A stretch of DNA of 44,007 nucleotides from an uncultured Planctomycetia bacterium (GTDB taxonomy: Bacteria; Omnitrophota; Gorgyraeia; 2-02-FULL-51-18). The position numbers and the translations under genes were made by a program. Shown here in pieces: positions 15,700 to 24,446 of this stretch. The first letter of the stretch is position 1, and each line of letters begins with the position of its first letter. The stretch is taken from the NCBI GenBank assembly GCA_964543965.1, contig CAZJAX010000001.1:1-44007 (forward strand), written 5' to 3'. The notes under the pieces are model-generated. The model was not told where the DNA came from, did not search any database, and was given only the letters and a program-made list of their open reading frames with translations.

Positions 15700-18600
15700 A
15701 TGAAACCTAACCCTATGATCCGCCCAACGGCTTTGATGCTGCTTTTGAGCGTATTTCTGAGCGAGCTGTCTTTTGCGGCTCCCTCTGAAAAGCCGGCCGC
15801 CGCCGTGTCATTGCGGCCGCTGGAAAGGCTCGTCCGCGACCCTCAAGAATTCCAAGCCCCTCTGGATTTCTGCACTTTGAAAGAAGTCTCCAAGGGTTCC
15901 TCGGATAAGCTGATCATCCATATCCAGGACGCTCACGCCAATCTTTCCGGACAGCAGAATCTCGCGCGCACTTTAGAGAGCATTATCCGGCAGTACGGGA
16001 TCTCGCTTGTGCTTGTGGAAGGCGGCTCACCTGCGGAAGGCTCTCTCGAACCTCTTAAAAAAATAGGACCTGCGGGATCCGCCGAGCGGGCCGCCAAGAG
16101 ACTGCTGGCCGAAGGAAGGCTCTCCGGCGAAGAATACCTGCAGCTGACTTCGCGTCACCGCATGACGCTGCGCGGCGTCGAAAACATGACGCTTTACCGG
16201 AACAGCGTAGAAAGCTATGCGCGGCTGGCGGAAAAGAGGCAAAAGGCGCTTGATTATCTCAAAACCGTACGTTTCGCGGTCGGTAAGCTCAAGGCAAAGT
16301 TTTATCCTGCAAGCCTTTTGGATTACGAAAATAGAAAAAAGGCCGAGGGCGGTTCCGGGATCGGCCGCTTGGTAGAATTTGCCGATGAGAACAGCATAGA
16401 TCTCGGAGAATTTCAGAACATTGCGGAACTAAGACCGCTTTTAGCCTCGGAAAAGACCATCGATTTCTCTCTAGCCAACCTCGAACAGGCGGCGCTTCTG
16501 GATCAGCTGCACCGGCGCGGCGCAGGAGAGGATATCCGCGGACAGCTTGAAAAGTTCAATCAGGCAAAAAATTCAAAAGTCTCTCAGTATACCCTCTTTC
16601 GAAATATCTTAAATATCGCCGATAAGAAGGGTGTGTCTCTCGCGGGTTATCCGAATCTCCTGAAATACGGCGCATATCTTAAGAAGTTTCAGGAGATCGA
16701 CCTCGATCTGCTTTTAGAGGAAAGCGAAAATGCCGAAGATCTCGTATACCGCTCAGCGCTCCGCTCACAGGATGCGCTCATGATCCGCGCCATCGACCGC
16801 TACACAGCGCTCCTGGAAACTGCTTACCGTATCCAGATGAGCAGTAAGGATTTCAATTTTTTTCGTGCCAACGAACCCGATTTTTCCACGGCAGGATATC
16901 TGGCATTCATCAACCGTAAGCTCGCTGAGCAGGATTATTTTTCGGACCTTCTCGTTTATGACCCGTGCATCGAGGAAGGCGAAAAGGCTCTGGCCGATTT
17001 TTATGCGTCGGTCGACCGAAGAGATGCCGCCTTCCTTGAGAATGCAAAAGGGATCCTGAAAGAAGAGGGCCGGAGCGCGGCCGTGCTGATCACGGGCGGC
17101 TATCACAGCCAGCACCTAAAAAAACTTTTCAGGGATAATGATTATTCTTACATTGTCCTCGCGCCCATCGTTACATCCGAGACCAACCAGCAAAAATACG
17201 AAGATCTGCTTCTCGGAGAAAAAAAGGGATCGAAAAGGATCGAAGCGGGTGAAAGCGATATCATGAGTTTCCGCCATAACGATGGTGTCCGAACTCTGCG
17301 CGCCGCTTCCAGCGGACCGCGATGGATCTCCCGCTATGCGGGAGTTGCCGGTGTCCCCGCATCGGACGCTGCCGTACGCCGCGTACGCTCGGATTTCGCC
17401 AAGAGAGTGTGGGTTACTGAGGGAAGTCCGTTCCGAACCGTTACCAAAGACAGGCGCGCGGTCTCCGCTTCTAAGCCCGAGGATGCCGGGAAAGGAGATC
17501 TATTCAAGGAGAGTGATGGTCATTTCCCCGATCTGGAAAGGCCGGTAATATTTTACGGCAGCGGTCCGGAGTCAAACCCTCTCTTTAGATTCACCGGCAT
17601 TAAGTCCGGCTATCCGGATAAATTTTTAACCAACGGATTTTTTAGTCAGAACGGTCCGCTTTTCGCACAATGGCGTTTCGAAACCCTGCGATCGAGTTTT
17701 GCAAAAATGGGTGCGCGATTTGCCGCCGAACAGACTGCGCGCCCCGCCGCCGGCTGGCCCCTGGCCGCCAGCCCGGAAACGGTCGGAGCTGTGAGGATGA
17801 TCCTTGAAACCCCTGCAGTGGCCGAAGGTTTGAAAAAAAAGGAGTTTAACTACCCGCTTTATCAGCGGGAAATAGAAAAGTTTAAAAATTATCATAACGT
17901 AGACATCGAACAAACGGCTGCGCTGGTTGCGATCCTGACGCTCTATATCGCAAGAATAGGGAATGACCCTAACAATTATCAAGCCGTCATCGGAGAATTG
18001 GGTAAATCAGAAGGTCCTTTAAAGGTTCTTTTTTTGCGGGCTCACGGTTTTGCGTTCGGTGCGTGGGCTCCATTCATGAAACCCAATATCTATACGAATC
18101 AATATGAGGGCCAGGAAGTCCGTATCCTGCAGACAGCCGCATCTGCGATATCAGCCGATCTTGCTCAGGCATCCCTGCCGGCCGCGTATCTGCAGTCCTG
18201 GGCTCCGGGCAAGACCATGCGGGATAGGGATAAGGTTCTTATTTCGCTCAATGATTGGATTTTTCCTGCGGGAGTCATCATAAGCAACAGAGAGATTAAC
18301 CGCGGATTTTATAGAGACGCAGAGCCAAGAGTGCGTGTTGCGGCGAACTCGGCCGACGTCACTGTTAAAAAGCGGGGGAGTCTGACCGTCCGGAAGATCA
18401 AAGTATACCTGGGTTACGGCGCTCCCGAACCGCCAGGCCACTTGGCGCTTCATCTGCTAGGAACCAACATCATTGCTTCCAGAATGGAAAATCTGATCAA
18501 TCACGCGCGAGATATGCACAGATTAACTTATGCGCCCATACCCGATCTGTCCCTTTACCGTATGCGGTATCCATCCGTTGCAGATGAGCTGATGCGCTTC

Positions 18601-21600
18601 GATCAGGTGCATAGAAAAGCGGTGTCGAGGGAGCTCTCCGCGCTGTCTCAGGATCAGACGACACAGCTGCTGATAGAGATGCAGGACGACCACGAGGAAT
18701 ATCACGTTTATGCGGTGCAGCTCGGCATCGAGCAGAAGCTGCTTCATGATAAAGATTCGGAGCTTTTTCCTCAGCTCGGTGAGCTGGCAAAGGGCAGAGC
18801 GCCTTACTTAACGCTGGCAGGACTCAGCATTGTCAGCGCTTACGGCGCTCTTAAACCAGAAGGCACGGTCATCGAAAACAGGCGTTCTTTAGATTCGATA
18901 TACAACGGCGCTCTGCGTTTGGGTTATTTAAAAGACGGCGCTAAACCTATATTCTCAGAAAGAGAGATCAACCCAGGCACAGTGATCCTTATGAACGCGG
19001 AGCAGCTCGATGCGCTTATTTCTTTATCCAAGGAAGAACTCAAAGAGCTTGCCACCAAGCTATTAAAAGAATTGTTCGGTATCGATGCGCTGCCGGACGA
19101 CTCGGAAGTGATCGCCAGGCCTTTACAGGAGATGATCTCAGCTCCAGGACCCGTCTATGCAGTGACGCCTTCGCTGCAGGGAAATCAACCCATACCTTTG
19201 GACGAAAAGCAGGGTTCGCGTCTGGCGGAAGACGATAGCGCATTTATGAAGTCGCTGCGCGGCCTGCTGGCCGACGGAAACTTTATCGCGGCGGTTCTCC
19301 GCAGCGGGTCGGAAAGAAAGCGGTTCCTGAGCTGGGTAAGCCAGAACGCCGAACGGCAAGGAACCTGGAGCGATATCGTCGAGATCGGCCGCCTGCGGAG
19401 TTTACTCGGAAAAGAGGATGAACCCCGCGCCGCGCTTTTGGACGATATCCGGACGACCGCGGCGATGCACACTTTTGCGGTGTTTACATCGCAAGGCGGC
19501 GCCCGTTATGAAATGAGAACCAGCGACAATTTCGACCGCGGTGAGCGAAGGCTTCTCTATCCGATGATCGAACAGTTCATCGCCTCGCATCCAGCTTCGG
19601 TCCGCATAGAGGATATCGGCATCTCGACAGGCGCAAAACCGGTCCAGCTGGCACGATTTCTGGATTCGAAGTCCCTGGCATCGAAGGTCTTTTTTACCGG
19701 AACCGACTATCTGACGGAGCCGCGTCTTGTAAGGGTCGGCGCAGGTCGTGAGACGGTGGAGGGACTTTTCAACGCATCAGGACAGCTGGTCTGGACGCGT
19801 TTTTGGTCGCCCGAGCACCGGCATTTCATTTCCCGCCGTGTCAAAACACCTCAAGACAGCAAATTTACATCGGCCGAGCAGCTTAAGCTCGAATACGGCG
19901 CCGGAAGATACGTGATCCTCCCGCGTTATCTCCCGGCCTATCTCGAAGAATGCCGCCGCCTGCTTTCTGCCGCGGATTTCATCGAGGAAGATGTAACAAA
20001 AGCCTCGCCGGACAGAACTGCGGATCTGGTGCTCGTAAACAATGTCTATATCCATCTGGATAGCGGCGAGAGGCGTGCCGCTCTGCTGAGTATTTTCAAT
20101 CGGTTGAATCCGGCCGGCGGACGAGCCGTTTTTATGGAGTCCGGCAGGCGCAGTATCCGCAAAGGCGGCGTGGAAAGCGGTGTCGCCGTGTATGAAATAT
20201 ATGAACGCAAGGGGTCGACCGTGACCCGCATCAAGTCTCACTCCAGGGCGGAAGAACTGGCTGAACTTATCAGCAAAGACATGCTGCTGTCCCATCATCG
20301 TGACAGCTGGGCGCCTCGCGCGGATCTCGCGGGCCGCGACGCGGCGTTCGATGCCGAATTGGACGAGCTGCTTCCCCGAGGATGGAACCTTCCTGGAAGG
20401 GACATCATGCCTGAAGTCATCGAGCTCGACGATCCAGAGATCAGGGAAATATCGCCTGAAGAAGTAAAGTTGAAGACCCGCGCCGACCAGGCGACGGAGA
20501 TGACCCGCGAGACCATCGCGCGGGAAGGCACCCGCTCATGGACCAAGAGCTGGATCGAAACGATCGAGGGCTGGATCGAGATATATGAAAGCCGGCCCGT
20601 TGCAAGTCCGAATACCGCAGAATATCTGGCGCTGTTCCAGGACCGGCTAGCGGTCCTGCGTGCCCATAGGACGGAGCTTGAAAGACGCGCTGCCCAAATA
20701 CCTGCTGACGAACCCTCTCTCTTTATTGCGCTCAACACGAGTCCCGGGGGACGCCAGCTGACGGCCGAAGAACTCAACAAGATCCTTGGGCTGTTCAGAG
20801 ACAGTCCGGTGATCGCTGACACCGGATCGATAAAGCTTCGTATGAGTTTTGAGGGGATCCCTCCGGTTACCGACGCTCAGCTTGATCTGATCAGCGCGTT
20901 TCTGACCGCGCAAAAGAACGGCGCCCGCTTGGCGGAGCGTTTCATGACGCTCGATTCGGGGAGCCCCGAGAACCAGAAGTACATTCCTACTATCATCAGT
21001 TTCGTCAGCCAGTTTCTGAAGGTCGCCGAAAAGGACAAGGACGACCGAACCGGAGAATTGATCTATCACCTGCATGTCACCGACAGTGAAGCGGCGGATC
21101 TGAGCGGGATGATGGCCAAGATCAAAAATATGAACACGGTCGACGCCGGCATCTATCTGATGATGCAGGCATACCGCAGTCTTTATTTCGACGTGCTTAA
21201 AGGTAAAGACGACATGATGAATACCGAAACACGAGCGGTGCTCGAAGATTCTCCTGGAGCCTACGGCACCGACCCCGAGCGTCCCGTGCTTTTCGACCTG
21301 ACCCCCGAGCGTCAGATCGTCGCCGTGTACCTGCCTGTCGAGGGCAACACGTTCGTGAAGCTCGAGATCGTACGCGGAACCGGGTCTGACGAGCGCACAA
21401 TGGACGCGGAGACCACCAAACTTTCTCCTCTGTTAAACGCTAAAGGCCAGCCGATGCATGTGTTCCGAGCGCGCAGCTCCATCGTAAACGGCGTTACGCT
21501 TGGCGCGCATGAGACAGAAGGTGCTCGGTTCGCGAAGGCCGACCTGGAAGCCGAAAGATTTTTGAATGACCCGGCCAATTCTTACGTGAGAAGCCTTTAT

Positions 21601-24285
21601 ACCGAATATAAATCCAGAGGCGTTCCAGGGATAGACAATTGGGTGTATCGGGCGGCGGCCGCGGCAACGGAAGGACAGCGTCACGAAGTCGTTGGAGAGC
21701 TGATCTCGGCGAAGCGCATCGAGAAGGAATATCCGGATGCAGAGCTCATCGGGATCGGTCTCGGGATAGGCGCTTATGAAGCCGATATCGTGTTTGAGGT
21801 CAAGGGAACTAAGCCCCACCTCTTGGTCATCGAGTCCAAATACGACCGCACGCCTCATTTCCGCTCTACTTTCGAACGAACGACCAACTATCAGATGAAG
21901 CCTTTGGCCGAAAAACTCATCATGGTCGAAGACCTTCTGGGTCTTCCCGTGCGCTACGCCGTGATGGGCGCGGGCCCGAAGATCCTGATCTTGGAATCCG
22001 GCCGCGATTTTGATCGCTTTGAGAGCGCCGGCAGAACTGATGTCAATTTTACCTATGAAGATCAGCAGGCCGGCCGTCGTCCCGGAAAAACAGTGCTGAG
22101 GACCATCCCCGTCGATCTTATCCTTCTGAACGTCGATGCCAAGAAGCTGCCGGATGCTGAAACACCCCAAGTGCGCATCTATGATTCGACTTCCATCCGC
22201 GCGGACTTCTTCAGAACCATCGGAGGCCATTTCATACCTTCGGCGGGACAGCGCCGTCTAGTGCGTCCTGAGATCCTTCCGGCCGTTTTGGAAGAGGCGT
22301 TCCAGAGAGAGATCGAGATCGAAAGGGAATGGACGAGAATAGAGCCGTATTTGGAGCGTCTGGTGCGTTCCGTACGCCAGCCCGGCGCGGTCAAAGGCCT
22401 CGTCGAAGGCGACATCGAGCTTTTCCGGGAAGGCGCACGGTTTTTCCTCACCGAAGGTCTCAGGCGCGGCCGCACCTTCGATGACCTGCGGCACGTGATC
22501 AGCGACAGACTGAGCGCTAAAGGCGGCGTAAAGAACATATATGAACCCTTCAAAAAAGCCGGAGAGAGAAACCGTCCCGCTGAAGGCGCGCGGCTCGCTG
22601 CGGAGGACAAAGAGCTTTTTGTGAAGAAACTTGAGTTTACTCCCGGACTGCATACGCTGCTTATCGATAAAAGGCGCGAGAGCGTGCGCCAGGCGATCAG
22701 AGAGGCAAAATTGAAGTGGGCTAAAGAACAGCATTCGGCGCAGCCCGATCCGGTTCTTCTGGACCAGCTGAAAAATGTGGAAGTGAACGATCCTGAGTTG
22801 GGCAACATCAAGATCGGCATCAGCGGCGAAGAGTCTCTCTTGAACGAACGGCTGGATTTCCTCCTGCAGGAACTCTTGATGAACGCATTCGACGCGTACG
22901 CGCGCACCGGAGGGCGAGGCGGCGAGATCGAGCTGCGCGTCGCCGAGGCCGGCGGCGAGATCCGCATCGAGATATCCGACTCTGGAATAGGCGTCTCAAA
23001 CATCACGGACAAACCGGGAGAATTTAAAGTCACCGCCAATCCTTCCGTCAAAGACGCTTATTTGACCGGCGGAGCGGGCGCAGGCCTCCTTTGGTCTAAG
23101 GTGGTCGCTCAGGCCCGCAACGGTGATCTCACCGTTTTTTCTCCCGGCCGCGGAGATTTTAAAACGACGGTCAGGATGTCTTTTCCCAAAGACGAGATCA
23201 GCGCGGATTATATTTCTTCCGCTGCGAGGCTCGCGTCGGCTCAAGACCCGCAGCGGCTGCGCCGGATATATGCCATCGACGAGCCCTTACCGGACGAAGC
23301 GGTCTCAAAGTTTTCCGATGCGGCGCCGATCATGGATCTCATCGCGCTGATCGCGGCTCATCATGAAAATTCAAATCGGGGAAATATTCCCGTTCAGGCC
23401 GCTTCGACGGCGTTTGCCGGCCTCGAAATACTGCCTGAGACTGCCGGCGGAATTCCCGTGCGCCTCGCAGACCCGCGAGCCGCCGGAAAATATCTTGATA
23501 CGGTCGTCGTGACGAGGGAAGCGGCGCGCCTGGCGGCCTCACGCCTGGCCGCTTCCAGGGCTCTCGATGTCAAACTGCCCGAGCTTTGGCATGAAAACCA
23601 GCCTGCGCGTGAAGCGGCTGCCGATTACAAGAGCCGCGACAGCCGGACAGCTCAGCTTCTGCGCCAGCTCGTCAAAAATCTGAAAGCCACCCAGCATGTG
23701 ATCCTATTCATGAGCGTCGAAGGCCAGGATGAAGAACTTTTAAAGCAGGAGATCGCCGAGCTGAGATCCGAACTCGAAGCGCTGAATCAGAAAAGACAGA
23801 CGGGACGTCTTGAGGTCTCCATCCGCCTGGCCGACGCGGCCGGCACCCAGATCGAGGGTGCTTTGTGGCAGACCGGGGGTTTCGACGAAACGAAAGCAGA
23901 GAAGAAGGCTTTCTCGGGAGCTCTTCGCCAATCTCTCATCGACCGTGCCGTCAAGACGCAGTCCGCTTATCTGCCTGCCGATGAGGCTCATTACGACCGT
24001 GAGAAAGGGTATTACAACGCCATCCCATACAAACCCGATATGCGCGCGGCTATCGCGGCCGTCGTGGATGAAGAGCTCGCTGCCCGCATGCTGAGCGTCC
24101 TGACGGGTCAGGATATGAGCCTGCCGGGCAATATGACGCTGATCCGAGAACCTCACAGATACGCCGGACCCGTCACCACGGATACTTACCGCGCCAAACA
24201 GCTTATCGTGCGCGCCTTGGCCCGCATTTCCGATGAACTTCGCCGGGATTATCTCTCTCTCAGAGCCTCTGCGATCGCGGCATAA
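15700..24285 (+). CDS. Giant multi-module protein (about 2,861 aa) with an N-terminal signal/anchor sequence; function unknown
   Basis: One uninterrupted ORF. The track starts at TTG 15631, but ATG 15700 yields MKPNPMIRPTALMLLLSVFLSELSFAAP (signal-like). It contains Tiki/ChaN-like, SAM-MTase-like, PD-(D/E)xK-like and GHKL-like motif sets and a recurring G-[AS]-R-[LF]-A motif. All antisense ORFs within it are shadows. Confidence 0.85.
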   Translation: MKPNPMIRPTALMLLLSVFLSELSFAAPSEKPAAAVSLRPLERLVRDPQEFQAPLDFCTLKEVSKGSSDKLIIHIQDAHANLSGQQNLARTLESIIRQYGISLVLVEGGSPAEGSLEPLKKIGPAGSAERAAKRLLAEGRLSGEEYLQLTSRHRMTLRGVENMTLYRNSVESYARLAEKRQKALDYLKTVRFAVGKLKAKFYPASLLDYENRKKAEGGSGIGRLVEFADENSIDLGEFQNIAELRPLLASEKTIDFSLANLEQAALLDQLHRRGAGEDIRGQLEKFNQAKNSKVSQYTLFRNILNIADKKGVSLAGYPNLLKYGAYLKKFQEIDLDLLLEESENAEDLVYRSALRSQDALMIRAIDRYTALLETAYRIQMSSKDFNFFRANEPDFSTAGYLAFINRKLAEQDYFSDLLVYDPCIEEGEKALADFYASVDRRDAAFLENAKGILKEEGRSAAVLITGGYHSQHLKKLFRDNDYSYIVLAPIVTSETNQQKYEDLLLGEKKGSKRIEAGESDIMSFRHNDGVRTLRAASSGPRWISRYAGVAGVPASDAAVRRVRSDFAKRVWVTEGSPFRTVTKDRRAVSASKPEDAGKGDLFKESDGHFPDLERPVIFYGSGPESNPLFRFTGIKSGYPDKFLTNGFFSQNGPLFAQWRFETLRSSFAKMGARFAAEQTARPAAGWPLAASPETVGAVRMILETPAVAEGLKKKEFNYPLYQREIEKFKNYHNVDIEQTAALVAILTLYIARIGNDPNNYQAVIGELGKSEGPLKVLFLRAHGFAFGAWAPFMKPNIYTNQYEGQEVRILQTAASAISADLAQASLPAAYLQSWAPGKTMRDRDKVLISLNDWIFPAGVIISNREINRGFYRDAEPRVRVAANSADVTVKKRGSLTVRKIKVYLGYGAPEPPGHLALHLLGTNIIASRMENLINHARDMHRLTYAPIPDLSLYRMRYPSVADELMRFDQVHRKAVSRELSALSQDQTTQLLIEMQDDHEEYHVYAVQLGIEQKLLHDKDSELFPQLGELAKGRAPYLTLAGLSIVSAYGALKPEGTVIENRRSLDSIYNGALRLGYLKDGAKPIFSEREINPGTVILMNAEQLDALISLSKEELKELATKLLKELFGIDALPDDSEVIARPLQEMISAPGPVYAVTPSLQGNQPIPLDEKQGSRLAEDDSAFMKSLRGLLADGNFIAAVLRSGSERKRFLSWVSQNAERQGTWSDIVEIGRLRSLLGKEDEPRAALLDDIRTTAAMHTFAVFTSQGGARYEMRTSDNFDRGERRLLYPMIEQFIASHPASVRIEDIGISTGAKPVQLARFLDSKSLASKVFFTGTDYLTEPRLVRVGAGRETVEGLFNASGQLVWTRFWSPEHRHFISRRVKTPQDSKFTSAEQLKLEYGAGRYVILPRYLPAYLEECRRLLSAADFIEEDVTKASPDRTADLVLVNNVYIHLDSGERRAALLSIFNRLNPAGGRAVFMESGRRSIRKGGVESGVAVYEIYERKGSTVTRIKSHSRAEELAELISKDMLLSHHRDSWAPRADLAGRDAAFDAELDELLPRGWNLPGRDIMPEVIELDDPEIREISPEEVKLKTRADQATEMTRETIAREGTRSWTKSWIETIEGWIEIYESRPVASPNTAEYLALFQDRLAVLRAHRTELERRAAQIPADEPSLFIALNTSPGGRQLTAEELNKILGLFRDSPVIADTGSIKLRMSFEGIPPVTDAQLDLISAFLTAQKNGARLAERFMTLDSGSPENQKYIPTIISFVSQFLKVAEKDKDDRTGELIYHLHVTDSEAADLSGMMAKIKNMNTVDAGIYLMMQAYRSLYFDVLKGKDDMMNTETRAVLEDSPGAYGTDPERPVLFDLTPERQIVAVYLPVEGNTFVKLEIVRGTGSDERTMDAETTKLSPLLNAKGQPMHVFRARSSIVNGVTLGAHETEGARFAKADLEAERFLNDPANSYVRSLYTEYKSRGVPGIDNWVYRAAAAATEGQRHEVVGELISAKRIEKEYPDAELIGIGLGIGAYEADIVFEVKGTKPHLLVIESKYDRTPHFRSTFERTTNYQMKPLAEKLIMVEDLLGLPVRYAVMGAGPKILILESGRDFDRFESAGRTDVNFTYEDQQAGRRPGKTVLRTIPVDLILLNVDAKKLPDAETPQVRIYDSTSIRADFFRTIGGHFIPSAGQRRLVRPEILPAVLEEAFQREIEIEREWTRIEPYLERLVRSVRQPGAVKGLVEGDIELFREGARFFLTEGLRRGRTFDDLRHVISDRLSAKGGVKNIYEPFKKAGERNRPAEGARLAAEDKELFVKKLEFTPGLHTLLIDKRRESVRQAIREAKLKWAKEQHSAQPDPVLLDQLKNVEVNDPELGNIKIGISGEESLLNERLDFLLQELLMNAFDAYARTGGRGGEIELRVAEAGGEIRIEISDSGIGVSNITDKPGEFKVTANPSVKDAYLTGGAGAGLLWSKVVAQARNGDLTVFSPGRGDFKTTVRMSFPKDEISADYISSAARLASAQDPQRLRRIYAIDEPLPDEAVSKFSDAAPIMDLIALIAAHHENSNRGNIPVQAASTAFAGLEILPETAGGIPVRLADPRAAGKYLDTVVVTREAARLAASRLAASRALDVKLPELWHENQPAREAAADYKSRDSRTAQLLRQLVKNLKATQHVILFMSVEGQDEELLKQEIAELRSELEALNQKRQTGRLEVSIRLADAAGTQIEGALWQTGGFDETKAEKKAFSGALRQSLIDRAVKTQSAYLPADEAHYDREKGYYNAIPYKPDMRAAIAAVVDEELAARMLSVLTGQDMSLPGNMTLIREPHRYAGPVTTDTYRAKQLIVRALARISDELRRDYLSLRASAIAA

Positions 24286-24343
24286 ACTCTCTAAGACGCA
24301 GCAACTTTATTTAAGCATTTATAACCCTTTAATATTCAAATAC

Positions 24344-24372
24344 TTACAATTGATTTTTCATGTTAATAGAAT
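24344..24372 (+). promoter_or_regulatory. Sigma-70-like promoter candidate, TTACAA-17-TAGAAT
   Basis: Lies in the AT-rich 161-nt gap upstream of the REC-GAF-HK gene. The spacer is exactly 17 nt. Confidence 0.35.
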
Positions 24373-24446
24373 GAATGATTAATTATGCTTATTGAGACCC
24401 TCTAGAGCCTTAGGTAACCTTGATAGTAAGGTATCCAGGAGGGTTC

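Noticed and set aside
16027-24156. Many antisense or alternate-frame ORFs inside the giant gene, for example 20295-20822 (-), 21433-22230 (-), 22179-23051 (-) and 19777-20298 (-).
   Set aside because: They lie entirely within a single long plus-strand ORF that has coherent, domain-like sequence. Their translations are Arg/Ser/Pro-rich low-complexity strings typical of shadow frames in GC-rich DNA.
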